Source: Magnetococcales bacterium
GTDB taxonomy: Bacteria; Pseudomonadota; Magnetococcia; Magnetococcales; JADFZT01
Assembly (NCBI GenBank): GCA_015232395.1
Contig: JADFZT010000016.1
Location: forward strand, 1,866 to 65,865
Direction: 5' to 3'
Length of the DNA stretch: 64,000 nt
Shown: in pieces, positions 1 through 9,674 of the stretch
Position numbering within the stretch: position 1 is the stretch's first letter
Layout of the letters: every line of letters starts with the position of its first letter
Made by a program: the position numbers and the translations under genes
Notes under the pieces: generated by a model
Seen by the model: only the letters and a program-made list of their open reading frames with translations
What the model was told of the DNA's origin: nothing
Database searches by the model: none

Positions 1-166
1 GAGGGAGATGCATTTTTTCATAGAGTTACAATAATTTACTCTTATGTCACCATAATTAGATTGCTTTAAAAAGGGGGGTATGGTTGATTGAAGGTGCCCC
101 TCCCCGACGGGCACTTCCGATGGTCGTTTATCGGACACAACCCACTGAATGCAAAGGTGAAACGAG

Positions 167-877
167 ATGAATACGGACGTTGGTGTCAGAGGCCTGATCA
201 AATCGGCTTTTTTCAATCCCCAAAGAATCGCCGAGTGCGACAAGGAAAAAAAATGTCCGGTCGTGACCGTCTCCCGGGGATATGGTGCCAATGGCAGCCG
301 GACGGCGGAACTCCTGGCAGATCGGCTGATGGTGCCGTGCTACGGTTTTACCATGGTGGATGGTATCATCAAGGAGGCCAAGACCAATAAAAACCTCATG
401 GAGCTGATGGATGAAAAATATCCCAGCGTCATGGACGATTGGCTCCACTCCATGCTCTCCAAGGGGGATATCTCCCGGGTGGGATACCACCGCCGCTTGA
501 TCAAAACCGTCCTCACCATCGCCCGTACCGGCGGGGTGATCATTGGTCGGGGGGCGCACCTCATCCTTTCCAACCACCAAAATGTCTTTCGTACCCGGGT
601 GGAAGGCTCCCTGGAAACCTGCTCCCGGCGCATCGCCGAGCGGGATAAGATCAAGCAAAAGAAAGCCCGGGAGGTGGTGATCAAGACCAACAAGGAGCGG
701 GCCAGATTTGTTCGGGAGCTTTACAAGCGCTTTCCGCCGGATCGGGAATTTTATGATCTGGTGGTCAACTCCGATCGCATCACCCCGGAACAATCAGTGG
801 AGATCATGATCCACACCATGTCGGTGATGGGCTTTCATGTGCCGGGTGAAAAGAAGGTGATCGCATTGGCTAGTTGA
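167..877 (+). CDS. Cytidylate kinase-like family protein (Cytidylate_kin2 type)
   Basis: Motifs VVTVSRGYGANG, GGVIIGRGAH, D/N..R..F and YDLVVNS typical of the cytidylate-kinase-like family; no Walker A lysine. Confidence 0.85.
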   Translation: MNTDVGVRGLIKSAFFNPQRIAECDKEKKCPVVTVSRGYGANGSRTAELLADRLMVPCYGFTMVDGIIKEAKTNKNLMELMDEKYPSVMDDWLHSMLSKGDISRVGYHRRLIKTVLTIARTGGVIIGRGAHLILSNHQNVFRTRVEGSLETCSRRIAERDKIKQKKAREVVIKTNKERARFVRELYKRFPPDREFYDLVVNSDRITPEQSVEIMIHTMSVMGFHVPGEKKVIALAS

Positions 878-968
878 TGCGAATCAAACCCAAAGTGAAT
901 CAGGTGGGGGGTTGACCGATTTTTGGTGGCCTGCCGATCATTTTGGGGGAGTCACTGGAGCAAGAGAT

Positions 969-1010
969 AAAAAGGGGAGGCGGATGGCGTGATATCCGTC
1001 TCCCCTTTTT
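969..1010. terminator. Bidirectional intrinsic terminator
   Basis: AAAAAGGGGAGGCGGAT-N8-ATCCGTCTCCCCTTTTT hairpin with A and T tails, between two convergent genes. Confidence 0.85.
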
Positions 1011-1069
1011 CGTTGTTTCTGTTGCGTTTATCAGCCAAACATGGTTATCCCTGACAGGCAGCCAGGGCT

Positions 1070-1771
1070 TTATTGCGTCGGGTTGGGGACGTTAAACCCA
1101 AGCTGTTTCATGGAATAGTTGATGATATCGACCATCTGCTCCGTGGTCATCAGATCGGAGCTTAACAGCATGTCGTAATAGGTGGACTCTTTGCCGGGAA
1201 ATTTTTTATAGATCTTTTTGACAAAAGAGACCCGTTCTTCGTCCACTTGTTTGATCAGCTTCAGCGCTTTCTTTTCATCCAGATTTTCCTGGGCGGCAAT
1301 GCGTGCGGTTCGTCGGGAGAGGGAGCCGTCGATACGTACCCGAAACACCTGTTTGCCCATATGGGCCAGAATCAGATGTGCCCCACGTCCCACGATCACC
1401 CCGCCGGTGTGACCGACCCCTTCCAGAACATTGACCAGGGCGTGGATATAATCGTCCTGGGAGGATTTGCCTTTGGCGAAAAGGGAGACCACCCAATCAT
1501 CCAGGGCGGAGATGGTTCTTTCATCCACCCGTTTGGTCAGCTGTTTGTCGGCACTGGTCAGCTTGATGATCTGATCGATCAGTTGCGTATCAAAACATTC
1601 GACGCCGAGTTGATCGGCCAGAAGATGGGCTACTTCGCCCCCCCCCGCACCAAAATCCCGGGAAATGGTGACAACGGGACATCCGCCTTTGGCACATCTT
1701 TCCAGTTGCTCCACGTCGAAAAACATCGACTTGACAAGGCCTTTGACTGCTTTGATGTTTTTGGTCGGCAT
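1070..1771 (-). CDS. Cytidylate kinase-like family protein, paralog 2
   Basis: VVTISRDFGAGG, GGVIVGRGAH, YYDMLLSS; GAGGAG SD upstream of ATG 1771; collinear with the 167..877 protein. Confidence 0.85.
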   Translation of the reverse strand: MPTKNIKAVKGLVKSMFFDVEQLERCAKGGCPVVTISRDFGAGGGEVAHLLADQLGVECFDTQLIDQIIKLTSADKQLTKRVDERTISALDDWVVSLFAKGKSSQDDYIHALVNVLEGVGHTGGVIVGRGAHLILAHMGKQVFRVRIDGSLSRRTARIAAQENLDEKKALKLIKQVDEERVSFVKKIYKKFPGKESTYYDMLLSSDLMTTEQMVDIINYSMKQLGFNVPNPTQ

Positions 1772-2127
1772 GGTTATTTCTCTCCTCATTAAAAAAGAAT
1801 CCGAGCGGATATCTTCCCGGACCATGAATAAAAAAGGAATAGATCGTTACGGGTTAAAAGGATGAGCAGTTGGTAGGTTTTTCTCTATCTACTTCAGGCA
1901 CTCTTTTTAACCATCATGCTTATAAGCTATACCTCAAATCAAACGGTATGACAATTCAATCGTCATGGTGAATGCCTTGAAAAATGCGATGGTTTTACCC
2001 CGTTCGAGCCATCACGGCCTTGCTATATTTCCTGATAAGAGCCCGGATGTTCCCCATGGGGGTCTGTGTTGCAGTGGGCAGGCCGGAGAGGCTTCGTCGC
2101 TGGTAGCCTTTAATCGGTGGAAGCCAG

Positions 2128-3210
2128 TCACAGAATCGAGGTGATCGCCTTTTGCCACACCTCGGTCTGGTGCTTGAGCGACCAGGCTTGGCGATATTGG
2201 TGCTGGATTTTTTGGGCTCCGGCAGTCAACACCTCCAGGCGGTGGGGGTTTTGGCTGAGATCCACCATCGCCTGGGCAAACCCGGCCACCGTGGGAGGAT
2301 CCACCAGCAGCGCATTTTCCCCATCCACCGCCACCTCCCGTATATCGGCATCGTCCGGCACAATGGCGGGCAGGCCACAACTCATCGCCTCCAACATCGC
2401 CTGGGGCAATCCTTCTCCCTGGGACGTCATGAGAAATATCCGGGCGGAGTGGAGAAGGTCGGGGAGATCCTTCAGAGCACGGTTACCGGCAAAGTGGACC
2501 GCATCATCCAGTTTAAGCTTTTTGACCTTTTTGGTGAGAGCGGCGGCTTTCGGGCCATCCCCCACCAGTAGCAGCTTGAGACCGGGGAGGGATTTGCGGG
2601 CTAGCGCCAAGGCATCCAACATCACATCAATGCGTTTGTAGCCTGACAGCAGCCCTACATAGACAAAATCAAAAATCGCCTCAGGATCCCCCGGCCCCTT
2701 GGCCCGAAAATGGTAAAAATCGTGGACATTCTGGGGGATGAATATGTTTTCCTCTGGAATTCCGCGCTCTACCAGCCACTCTTTCATCGATTCCCCCCGC
2801 ACCGCCACCAATCGGCCCCGCTTGACCGCTTTGAGGGTAACGTTGCGCCCTTGCTGGTGGCGAAAGGTCAAGCGCAGGTCGTTTTTGCCCATCACATGCT
2901 GAATCACCCGAATCCGCAACAGCCACCCCACCCAACCGGCATAAACCCCATGGGGTACGATGCCAAAGGCGATGATCACCTTGGGTCGGGGAAAGAGAGC
3001 CATACGCAGCAGGGTCAAAAACCGCCACGCCTCGGCCAAAGGTAAAAAACGGCGGATGCGCTCCGGGGGGGAGTGGCAGATGATTTTATCCCCGGCATAG
3101 GGCTGCCTGCGGATCAAGTGAATCTGAGTGATCTCTTTCATGTTTTGCAGGGGGGCGATTTTGGCGTGGAGCTTGTCGTCGATCATCCCGGCGATAACGC
3201 AGATTCGCAT
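2128..3210 (-). CDS. Glycosyltransferase family 4 (GT-B fold)
   Basis: YVGLLSGYKRID, LLLVGDGP and EGLPQAMLEAMSCGLPAI (EX7E) motifs. Confidence 0.9.
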   Translation of the reverse strand: MRICVIAGMIDDKLHAKIAPLQNMKEITQIHLIRRQPYAGDKIICHSPPERIRRFLPLAEAWRFLTLLRMALFPRPKVIIAFGIVPHGVYAGWVGWLLRIRVIQHVMGKNDLRLTFRHQQGRNVTLKAVKRGRLVAVRGESMKEWLVERGIPEENIFIPQNVHDFYHFRAKGPGDPEAIFDFVYVGLLSGYKRIDVMLDALALARKSLPGLKLLLVGDGPKAAALTKKVKKLKLDDAVHFAGNRALKDLPDLLHSARIFLMTSQGEGLPQAMLEAMSCGLPAIVPDDADIREVAVDGENALLVDPPTVAGFAQAMVDLSQNPHRLEVLTAGAQKIQHQYRQAWSLKHQTEVWQKAITSIL

Positions 3211-3272
3211 GGGGCAGGGCCTTCTTGAGTGATTGTTGATTGAAGTCGATGGGGAGGCTTGGCGTGCTTGAT

Positions 3273-3986
3273 CTAGCTTTTCTTCCGGGCTTTGATTTTA
3301 ATCCCGGCGGTAAAGCGAAATCGCTCCTCTTCGAGAAACTCCCGGGCGCGGATGCGGCGGGGGCCTTCCGGCAGACGGTCGATCAGCAGACGAATGACCC
3401 GCTGTCTCAGCCACAAGGCCGGACGGGTCATGGCGGCGGCGATCCAGCGGGCCGGAGCCAGCTGAAAGAGGGCCTGAAAGGTCGCTTCCGGGCCGCTCCA
3501 CTCAAAGGGCTCCACCACCTCCACCTCAAGCCCCACCCCTTCGAACAATACCCGGGCGCCCAGATGGCTCATGTGAAAGTGGGAGCGGGCGTGGTAGGGC
3601 TCCAAAAACGACAGACTCGCCACCAGACAGCCTCCCGGTTTCAGAATGCGTGCCACCTCTCTGGCTGCCGCCCAGGGGTCGCTGAAATGTTCAAAACTGG
3701 AAGCCGCCACCACCAGATGGAAGCTGCCATCCGCCAGGGGGATCGCCTCGGCTTGCCCCAAGAGATCCGCTCCAGGCACCGCAAAGCGATCGATCCCCAC
3801 ATAGCGGAATCCCAGTTCAGTAAGATCCCGCCTGGCACCAGGTCCACACCCCAGATCGAGACAGCGCTCAGCCACACCCGGTGGATCGATCAGATGGGTC
3901 AAGGCAAAGGTGTCCCAGGAGCTGGGGTCAGCGCCGGTGATGCGGGCGGGCTTGGTAGGCTCGGTGGTTTGGTCCGGTGGGCTCAT
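3273..3986 (-). CDS. Class I SAM-dependent methyltransferase (type 11)
   Basis: CLDLGCGPG motif I, AEAIPLADGSFHLV, FEHFSDP, RILKPGG. Confidence 0.85.
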   Translation of the reverse strand: MSPPDQTTEPTKPARITGADPSSWDTFALTHLIDPPGVAERCLDLGCGPGARRDLTELGFRYVGIDRFAVPGADLLGQAEAIPLADGSFHLVVAASSFEHFSDPWAAAREVARILKPGGCLVASLSFLEPYHARSHFHMSHLGARVLFEGVGLEVEVVEPFEWSGPEATFQALFQLAPARWIAAAMTRPALWLRQRVIRLLIDRLPEGPRRIRAREFLEEERFRFTAGIKIKARKKS

Positions 3987-4076
3987 GGAGTTTTCCGTCG
4001 GTCGTGGTGCATCAGAGGCTGCCTGGATAGCACCCCAGGGGGCATGATATGGCTGACGCCATGGTAAAGCCCCCAC

Positions 4077-5930
4077 TCATGCCGGGGAACCCCTGTTCCA
4101 GGCGAAAAGGATCAAGAGGTTGAGCAGTCGCTCGCCGTGGTTTTGTCGATTGGAGCGGTGCGCCTGCCATACATTTTGGATGCCGGCGGGGTCCAGAAAT
4201 TCGCCATAAGATTGAGCCCCCTGGCTGAGGAGCGCTTCCACCTGCTCCCGGTTTTCCCGCAGCCAGCGATCCACCGGCACCCCGAATCCATGTTTGGGAC
4301 GCTGGGCCAGGTGGGGGGGGAGGATCTCTTCGGCGGCTTGGCGCAGTACGTTTTTGATGTTTTTTTTTCCCCAGTGGAGCTTGGGGGGAATCCTCTGGGC
4401 CAGCTCCACCACCTCCCGATCCAAAAACGGCAGGCGCGCTTCCAGGGAGTGGGCCATGGTCGCCCGGTCGGTTTTGACGAGCATCTGATCCGGCAGCCAC
4501 CCTTGAAGATCCCGGGTGAGCAGGGCCGCCAGAAGACCGGCGGGATGGTTTTGGTCGATGGGGGGCGCTGGGAGCTGGGCCGGATGGGGCATGATGGCCG
4601 CCAGGGTTTCATCATCAAAGGAATAAAACTGGCGCTGATACTCCTGGTCGAGATCCGGCTCCACCAGCTTCAGGCGGCGGGCTACGGCATCGAGATAGCG
4701 ACGGCTGGGGCTGGCGGCGGATAGCAGGGGGGTGAGTGCTGAGAGCACCCCTGCTGCTCCTTGGCGAATCGGTCCGGGGATGGCCAGAAGTTGGCGACCC
4801 AGTACTGTGGAGCGGTATCTCTGATAACCGGCAAACAGCTCATCCGCTCCATCTCCAGTCAAGGCGACGGTCACCTGGCGGCGGGTCTCCTGGGCGAGCA
4901 TCAGGGTGGGGAAGAGGGCTGGATCCGAAAAGGGCTGATCATAGGCCGCCCCCCACCCGGAGAGGAGTTGGGAGAGGGTGGCGGATTCAAAGTGAAACAC
5001 TTCATGATCCGTCCCGAACAGCTGGGCCACCTCCCGGGCATGGTTGGTTTCGTCGAAAGCCTGCTCTTTGAAGGCGATGGAAAAGGTTTTGAACTGCGCG
5101 GTTTTTTGGGCTGCTTGTGCCACCACCAGGCTGGAGTCGATGCCGCCACTCAAAAAAGCCCCCAGGGGGACATCCGAGATCAGATGACGCTCGATCACTC
5201 GGGGCCAGAGCTCTTTAAATTGCGCCACCGCTGCGGCCAGATCCATGGTGTGGTCAGGTTGGAAGCGGGGCTGCCAGTAGGCCTCTTGCCGGATTGAGCC
5301 ATCCTGGTTTCGGATCAGCAGATGCCCCGGCGGCAACACCCGCACCCCTTTATAGAGGGTCCGGGGGGCGGGGACGTGGCGCAGCAGGAGATAGCCGGTC
5401 AGGGCTTCGGGGTCGAGATCCTCGGGAAAGTGGGGGTGGGCGGCCAGGGCGCGCAAATCCGAACCAAAAACAAAATGCTCCCCATCGTGCCAATAGTAGA
5501 GAGGCTTCTGTCCCAGGTGATCCCGGAGGAGGATCAATTGATTTTCCCGGGGATCCCAGATGGCGGCGGCAAACATGCCGTTGAGATGATCCACACAGCC
5601 CAGGCCATATTCCATATAGCAGCTGAGGAGCACTTCGGTATCGCTCTGGCTGTGGAATTGGTGGCCTTTTTTTTGGAGTTGATCCCGCAGCTCGGTGTGG
5701 TTGTATAGCTCGCCGTTATAGACCAGAGTTACGCCGGTAGCGCCATGGCGGACCGGCTGCTGCCCCCCTGCCACATCAATCACCGATAGGCGGCGCATGC
5801 CGAGGCTTACCCCGGGAATCTGAAACCGGCCCTCTTCATCCGGCCCCCTGGGAATGAGGGGGGCCAACATCCGGGTGAGGCATTCCGGGTCGTTGGGGGT
5901 TGGCCCGGCATATCCGGCAATACCACACAT
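4077..5930 (-). CDS. asnB: Asparagine synthase (glutamine-hydrolysing)-type amidotransferase, probably glycan-modifying
   Basis: N-terminal MCGIAG, RGPD, RRLSVID, NGELYN, FLSGGIDSS, GDGADELFAGY, HSLEARLPFLD. Confidence 0.92.
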   Translation of the reverse strand: MCGIAGYAGPTPNDPECLTRMLAPLIPRGPDEEGRFQIPGVSLGMRRLSVIDVAGGQQPVRHGATGVTLVYNGELYNHTELRDQLQKKGHQFHSQSDTEVLLSCYMEYGLGCVDHLNGMFAAAIWDPRENQLILLRDHLGQKPLYYWHDGEHFVFGSDLRALAAHPHFPEDLDPEALTGYLLLRHVPAPRTLYKGVRVLPPGHLLIRNQDGSIRQEAYWQPRFQPDHTMDLAAAVAQFKELWPRVIERHLISDVPLGAFLSGGIDSSLVVAQAAQKTAQFKTFSIAFKEQAFDETNHAREVAQLFGTDHEVFHFESATLSQLLSGWGAAYDQPFSDPALFPTLMLAQETRRQVTVALTGDGADELFAGYQRYRSTVLGRQLLAIPGPIRQGAAGVLSALTPLLSAASPSRRYLDAVARRLKLVEPDLDQEYQRQFYSFDDETLAAIMPHPAQLPAPPIDQNHPAGLLAALLTRDLQGWLPDQMLVKTDRATMAHSLEARLPFLDREVVELAQRIPPKLHWGKKNIKNVLRQAAEEILPPHLAQRPKHGFGVPVDRWLRENREQVEALLSQGAQSYGEFLDPAGIQNVWQAHRSNRQNHGERLLNLLILFAWNRGSPA

Positions 5931-6017
5931 GTCAGCACAGCCCCGGAGGAGGGGGGAGGGGGTGGTTTCCAGGGTATGGGGGATGGTCTGGAGAGGCTGA
6001 AGAGAGGGGGTGGGGGC

Positions 6018-7079
6018 TCATCTTTTTTCAATCCCCTCCTGATAGCCACACCAGTCGGCACAGTAGGCGCTATAGTTTTGTTTCAGCATATCCTGGCGCC
6101 AGGCGCGCATTTTGGGGCCGTTCCACACTTGCTGGAACCCTTCAGATACCACATCTCCCAGATCCATGGTGCCGTAGGAGCAGCAGGGGTTGAGTTTGCC
6201 GTGGACGTTGATGGCGACCAGCTGGGTAAAAGGGGCCTTGCAGATCCCTTGGGCCTGGCGGCTGTGGAACCCTTCCGGATAAAAAGGCAGGTGGCCGATG
6301 TTGGTCTCAAGTCCCAGGATTTGGCACTGCTTGAGCACCTGGTCGCGGAGTTGATCAAAGCTTTCCCGGCTTTTTAAAGGGGGCAGTCCCGTGGCCTCTA
6401 CCGTGTGGACCCCGTTTTGGAGTTGAAACTGGAGGCTTTTGATGGCGGGAAAGCGGGCGGCCCATTGGGGAAGATCCATGAGGGAGCGGTGGTTGCTTTC
6501 GCTGATGACGCTCCAGACCTGTACCGGCACCTGGCAGCTCTCCCCAAAGGTGGTGAGATTTTTTTCGATTTTTCCCAGATCCGCCCCCCGAATGCGCTCC
6601 ATGATTTCGGGCAGGGGAGAGTCGATGCTGACGTTGAGCTGGGTGAGTCCGGCCTCCGAGAGCAAACGGGCCTTTTTTTCGGTCAGGAGCAAACCGTTGG
6701 TGGTGATACGGACAGTAGGGATAGTGCGTTTGGCGAGCGCAATCGCTTCTGGAATGCGCTTGTAGAGAAGAGGCTCGCCGATATTGTAGAGCAGCAAAAC
6801 CTGGCTGCCTTTGAGCTGGGGGATGATCTTTTCCAGCTTTTCGAAGGGCATCTCCAGGTTGCCAAATTTTTCCCGCCAGTCGGGATCGTTCTGGTTGCAC
6901 CACTTGCAGCGCAGGTTGCAGCGGGTGGTCAGCTCGATCAACACATGGGAGGGGTGGTGGAAGCAGCGGCTGGAGGCGTGGCTTCCCAGAAGCTCGATCT
7001 CCAAAAACTTGGCGATCTCCAGAAGGTTGCGACCCCGAGCCCGATCAAGCGTCCGCTTAACCCCTTGCAGCGGATTCAT
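6018..7079 (-). CDS. Radical SAM protein with SPASM/twitch domain
   Basis: CNLRCKWC (CX3CX2C), GEPLL, ITTNG; C-terminal CKAPF..NPCC..YCADWC. Confidence 0.9.
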   Translation of the reverse strand: MNPLQGVKRTLDRARGRNLLEIAKFLEIELLGSHASSRCFHHPSHVLIELTTRCNLRCKWCNQNDPDWREKFGNLEMPFEKLEKIIPQLKGSQVLLLYNIGEPLLYKRIPEAIALAKRTIPTVRITTNGLLLTEKKARLLSEAGLTQLNVSIDSPLPEIMERIRGADLGKIEKNLTTFGESCQVPVQVWSVISESNHRSLMDLPQWAARFPAIKSLQFQLQNGVHTVEATGLPPLKSRESFDQLRDQVLKQCQILGLETNIGHLPFYPEGFHSRQAQGICKAPFTQLVAINVHGKLNPCCSYGTMDLGDVVSEGFQQVWNGPKMRAWRQDMLKQNYSAYCADWCGYQEGIEKR

Positions 7080-8083
7080 GCGATGATATCCGGGGGTGGG
7101 GGCTTGGTCTCCGGTGCTGTTTCTTCCTCATTGGAGGGGATGCCGTCGGACCATCTTCCCCCCAGATCATCGATGGCTCCATCCCCCCGGGCTAAAGAGA
7201 CTCCCAGGTGGAGGGAGGTGATCTGCTCCGACACCAGACCGATCAGGAAGGTGAGCATGGAGGCGACGAAAAGCAGCACCGGCATGTTGGTCAGGCGGGC
7301 GCTCTCCAGATAGACATAGAGATAGCGCACAGCCCCCATGGTGAAGAGGAGAATGCTGGCCGGGAGAAACACCCGCATGGGGGAAAAGAGGGTGATCACC
7401 TTGAGAATGGTGACGAAAAACCGAAAGCCGTCCCGGATGAGGTTGATTTTGGAGGTGCCGATGCGCTTGCCCGCCACAATCGGCACAAAGCCGACCGGCA
7501 ATCCCGAACGCATAAAGGCCATGGTGCTGGTGGTCGGATAGGAAAAGCCGTTGGGCAGGAGATAGACAAACCCCTGGAAGGCCCGGGTGCGGGCAGCGCG
7601 AAAACCGGAGGTCAAATCCGGAATGTGGCGACCGGTCAAAAGCGACGCAAAGCGGTTGAGCAGGGCATTGCCCACCCCCCGGACCCGGTTGGCTTGAGAA
7701 CCCTTGGTGCGCGCCCCAACCGCCAAGGCATAGCCCTGGTCCAGGAGGGTGAGGAGCTTGGGGACATCATCGGCATCGTGTTGACCGTCGGCATCCATAA
7801 ACACTACATAGCGGCCCCTGGCGTTGCGGGCGCAGGTTTTAATCGCCGCGCCATTGCCCATATTGTGGGGGTGGCGAATCACCCGGGCACCGGCTTTGGC
7901 GGCGGCCTCTCCCGTACCATCCCCGGAGCCGTCATCCACCACCAGGATATCGGCATCGGGAAAGTGCTGGCGCAGTTTGGCCACCGTCGCCCCCACCGCC
8001 CCCACTTCATAGTAGGCGGGCAGTGCGATAGTGATGCCAGCCCCTGTGGCCCAACTGGCCGGAGAGGGGGGGGAGTCGGTCAT
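7076..8083 (-). CDS. Glycosyltransferase family 2 (polyprenol-phosphate glycosyltransferase-like) with two C-terminal TM helices
   Basis: VVDDGSGD, FMDADGQHD, DLTSGFRA; ATGA overlap with the upstream ORF. Confidence 0.9.
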   Translation of the reverse strand: MTDSPPSPASWATGAGITIALPAYYEVGAVGATVAKLRQHFPDADILVVDDGSGDGTGEAAAKAGARVIRHPHNMGNGAAIKTCARNARGRYVVFMDADGQHDADDVPKLLTLLDQGYALAVGARTKGSQANRVRGVGNALLNRFASLLTGRHIPDLTSGFRAARTRAFQGFVYLLPNGFSYPTTSTMAFMRSGLPVGFVPIVAGKRIGTSKINLIRDGFRFFVTILKVITLFSPMRVFLPASILLFTMGAVRYLYVYLESARLTNMPVLLFVASMLTFLIGLVSEQITSLHLGVSLARGDGAIDDLGGRWSDGIPSNEEETAPETKPPPPDIIA

Positions 8084-8328
8084 GAATCGGCTCCGGTATC
8101 GCTGTCGGAAGGCTTCCAGCAGCCGGGTTGACCACAGGATGGGCCATCCCCCTGCATGACGGCGCTGTTGCGGGGAACCCAGGTGCCGCACCCTTTGCAC
8201 TGCACCAGGGTGGGATCCTCTTCCGGGGCTTTGGGTGCTGGGGGAGGGGGGGGCATCATCAGGCGTTGCAGCAGACGATAGGCCATCACCCCCAGGGCGA
8301 TAAAAATCAGGATGCGAATAAGACCCAT
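8080..8328 (-). CDS. PP0621-like small membrane protein with Cys motif
   Basis: N-terminal TM segment then LVQCKGCGTWVP...CGQPGC; GGAGG SD. Confidence 0.75.
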   Translation of the reverse strand: MGLIRILIFIALGVMAYRLLQRLMMPPPPPAPKAPEEDPTLVQCKGCGTWVPRNSAVMQGDGPSCGQPGCWKPSDSDTGADS

Positions 8329-8619
8329 GGGATGCCTCCCTGGCTGAATGGTGATTTGTTAAAAAAAAAGAGACCTCAAGTGTGCCAGAAAGCCCCCTTT
8401 TTGGACAGTGCTTTATGCGCCCTCAGAGGGGCAGGTTGAAGCTTGGCTGGCAGAGTTGATTTCCGGGGATGACTCCTCGATTGATTCCGAGCTTTGCTTG
8501 CTGATTGATTCCGGGCTTGCCAAACTGCTAAGATCTTTTCATTGATGGGGGCGCTGAAGTGGCCGCCATCGATTGGGGAGTGGATCTTAAAAGAACCAGA
8601 TCAAAATGGAGAGCTTGCC

Positions 8620-8976
8620 ATGAGCGGAATCAGCGGTGCTGCATTTAACGAATCAGCCAGGCTTCAGCTTGCTTACTCCAATCAGCGGACCGAAAACCGG
8701 GACGAAGGGCAAGACCGCAAAGAGGGGTATTCCACCCTGGCCAAGGAGCTGAAGGCCACCAACGCCAACACCAATGTCTTGGCAGATATGGCCCGCACGG
8801 ATCGCGTGGAGCTGAGTGAACGGGTTGCCGAAAAAGGGGCCTCCCGCCGGGCTGAATCCGCCCGCGCACCAGAACAAAACACCCCTCGCCCCCAAGAGTC
8901 CGAACGGGCTTTGGAAGCCATGCCCGAGCCCCCTCCGGAGCGGGATCAGGTGCGCACCATCGATATCATGGCGTGA
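8620..8976 (+). CDS. Hypothetical, probably disordered protein
   Basis: GGAGAG SD; contains DRVELS and C-terminal RTIDIMA, motifs seen in flagellar-associated small proteins. Confidence 0.6.
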   Translation: MSGISGAAFNESARLQLAYSNQRTENRDEGQDRKEGYSTLAKELKATNANTNVLADMARTDRVELSERVAEKGASRRAESARAPEQNTPRPQESERALEAMPEPPPERDQVRTIDIMA

Positions 8977-9227
8977 GCTGGAAGTGTTCCTGCCAGGCGG
9001 CCTGATTGGTTTGTGCTGCCTGACCCCCCGATTTATGCTCCCCTTGTTTGACTGGCTTCGCCTGCCTGACCTCTCAAAGAGCCCTCTTCAAGCAAGCCCC
9101 AAGGCCCCAGTAAAATTCCATGGTTGTTCCAGTTTAAAACGACACATCCGCTTTGATTGATGTGGTTCGCGTAGCTCACCGCATCCTACGCGTTTTTTTT
9201 CAGTCAAGCATCAAAGTGTTGATAATG

Positions 9228-9641
9228 CTACCATTTATCCGCCGGGGTTTTGTTGCCGGTGGAGTCGAGACCCAGGTTGCCGTCATCCGCCTGGGTTCCC
9301 TGGGCCAGTGCTGTCAGCTCCACACAGCTGGCGATCCCTGTGCCGCAAGCGGTCGCCTGGATCTTATAATAGCCCTCATCGGTATCCACATAGCCGCTGC
9401 CATCCACCGTCAAGCCCAATCCCCCCGTGCCCAGATTGAGGGTGTAGCTGTTGTTTTGGGTGTTGAACCGCTCCTGCAGATTCATGATGTTGAGCAGGGA
9501 GGCCTTGCCGTCGTTGCGGCGTACCCCCTGGGAACTTTGCTGATAGGCTGGGATACCCCAGGCCATCAGGATCCCCAGGATGGACATCACCACCAGCAAC
9601 TCCACCAGGCTAAATCCCCACTCACGACGATTCATGCTCAT
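9228..9641 (-). CDS. pilE: Type IV minor pilin PilE
   Basis: Prepilin motif GFSLVELLVV, IPAYQ, RRNDGKASLL..QERF; last gene of the minor-pilin operon. Confidence 0.88.
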   Translation of the reverse strand: MSMNRREWGFSLVELLVVMSILGILMAWGIPAYQQSSQGVRRNDGKASLLNIMNLQERFNTQNNSYTLNLGTGGLGLTVDGSGYVDTDEGYYKIQATACGTGIASCVELTALAQGTQADDGNLGLDSTGNKTPADKW

Positions 9642-9674
9642 TTTCAGCTTCCTTTCAGGTGATGACAGACAATA

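Noticed and set aside
4077-7079. Lasso peptide or RiPP cluster (AsnB plus rSAM)
   Set aside because: AsnB keeps the full glutaminase domain (Cys2); no B protein, RRE or precursor; flanked by glycosyltransferases
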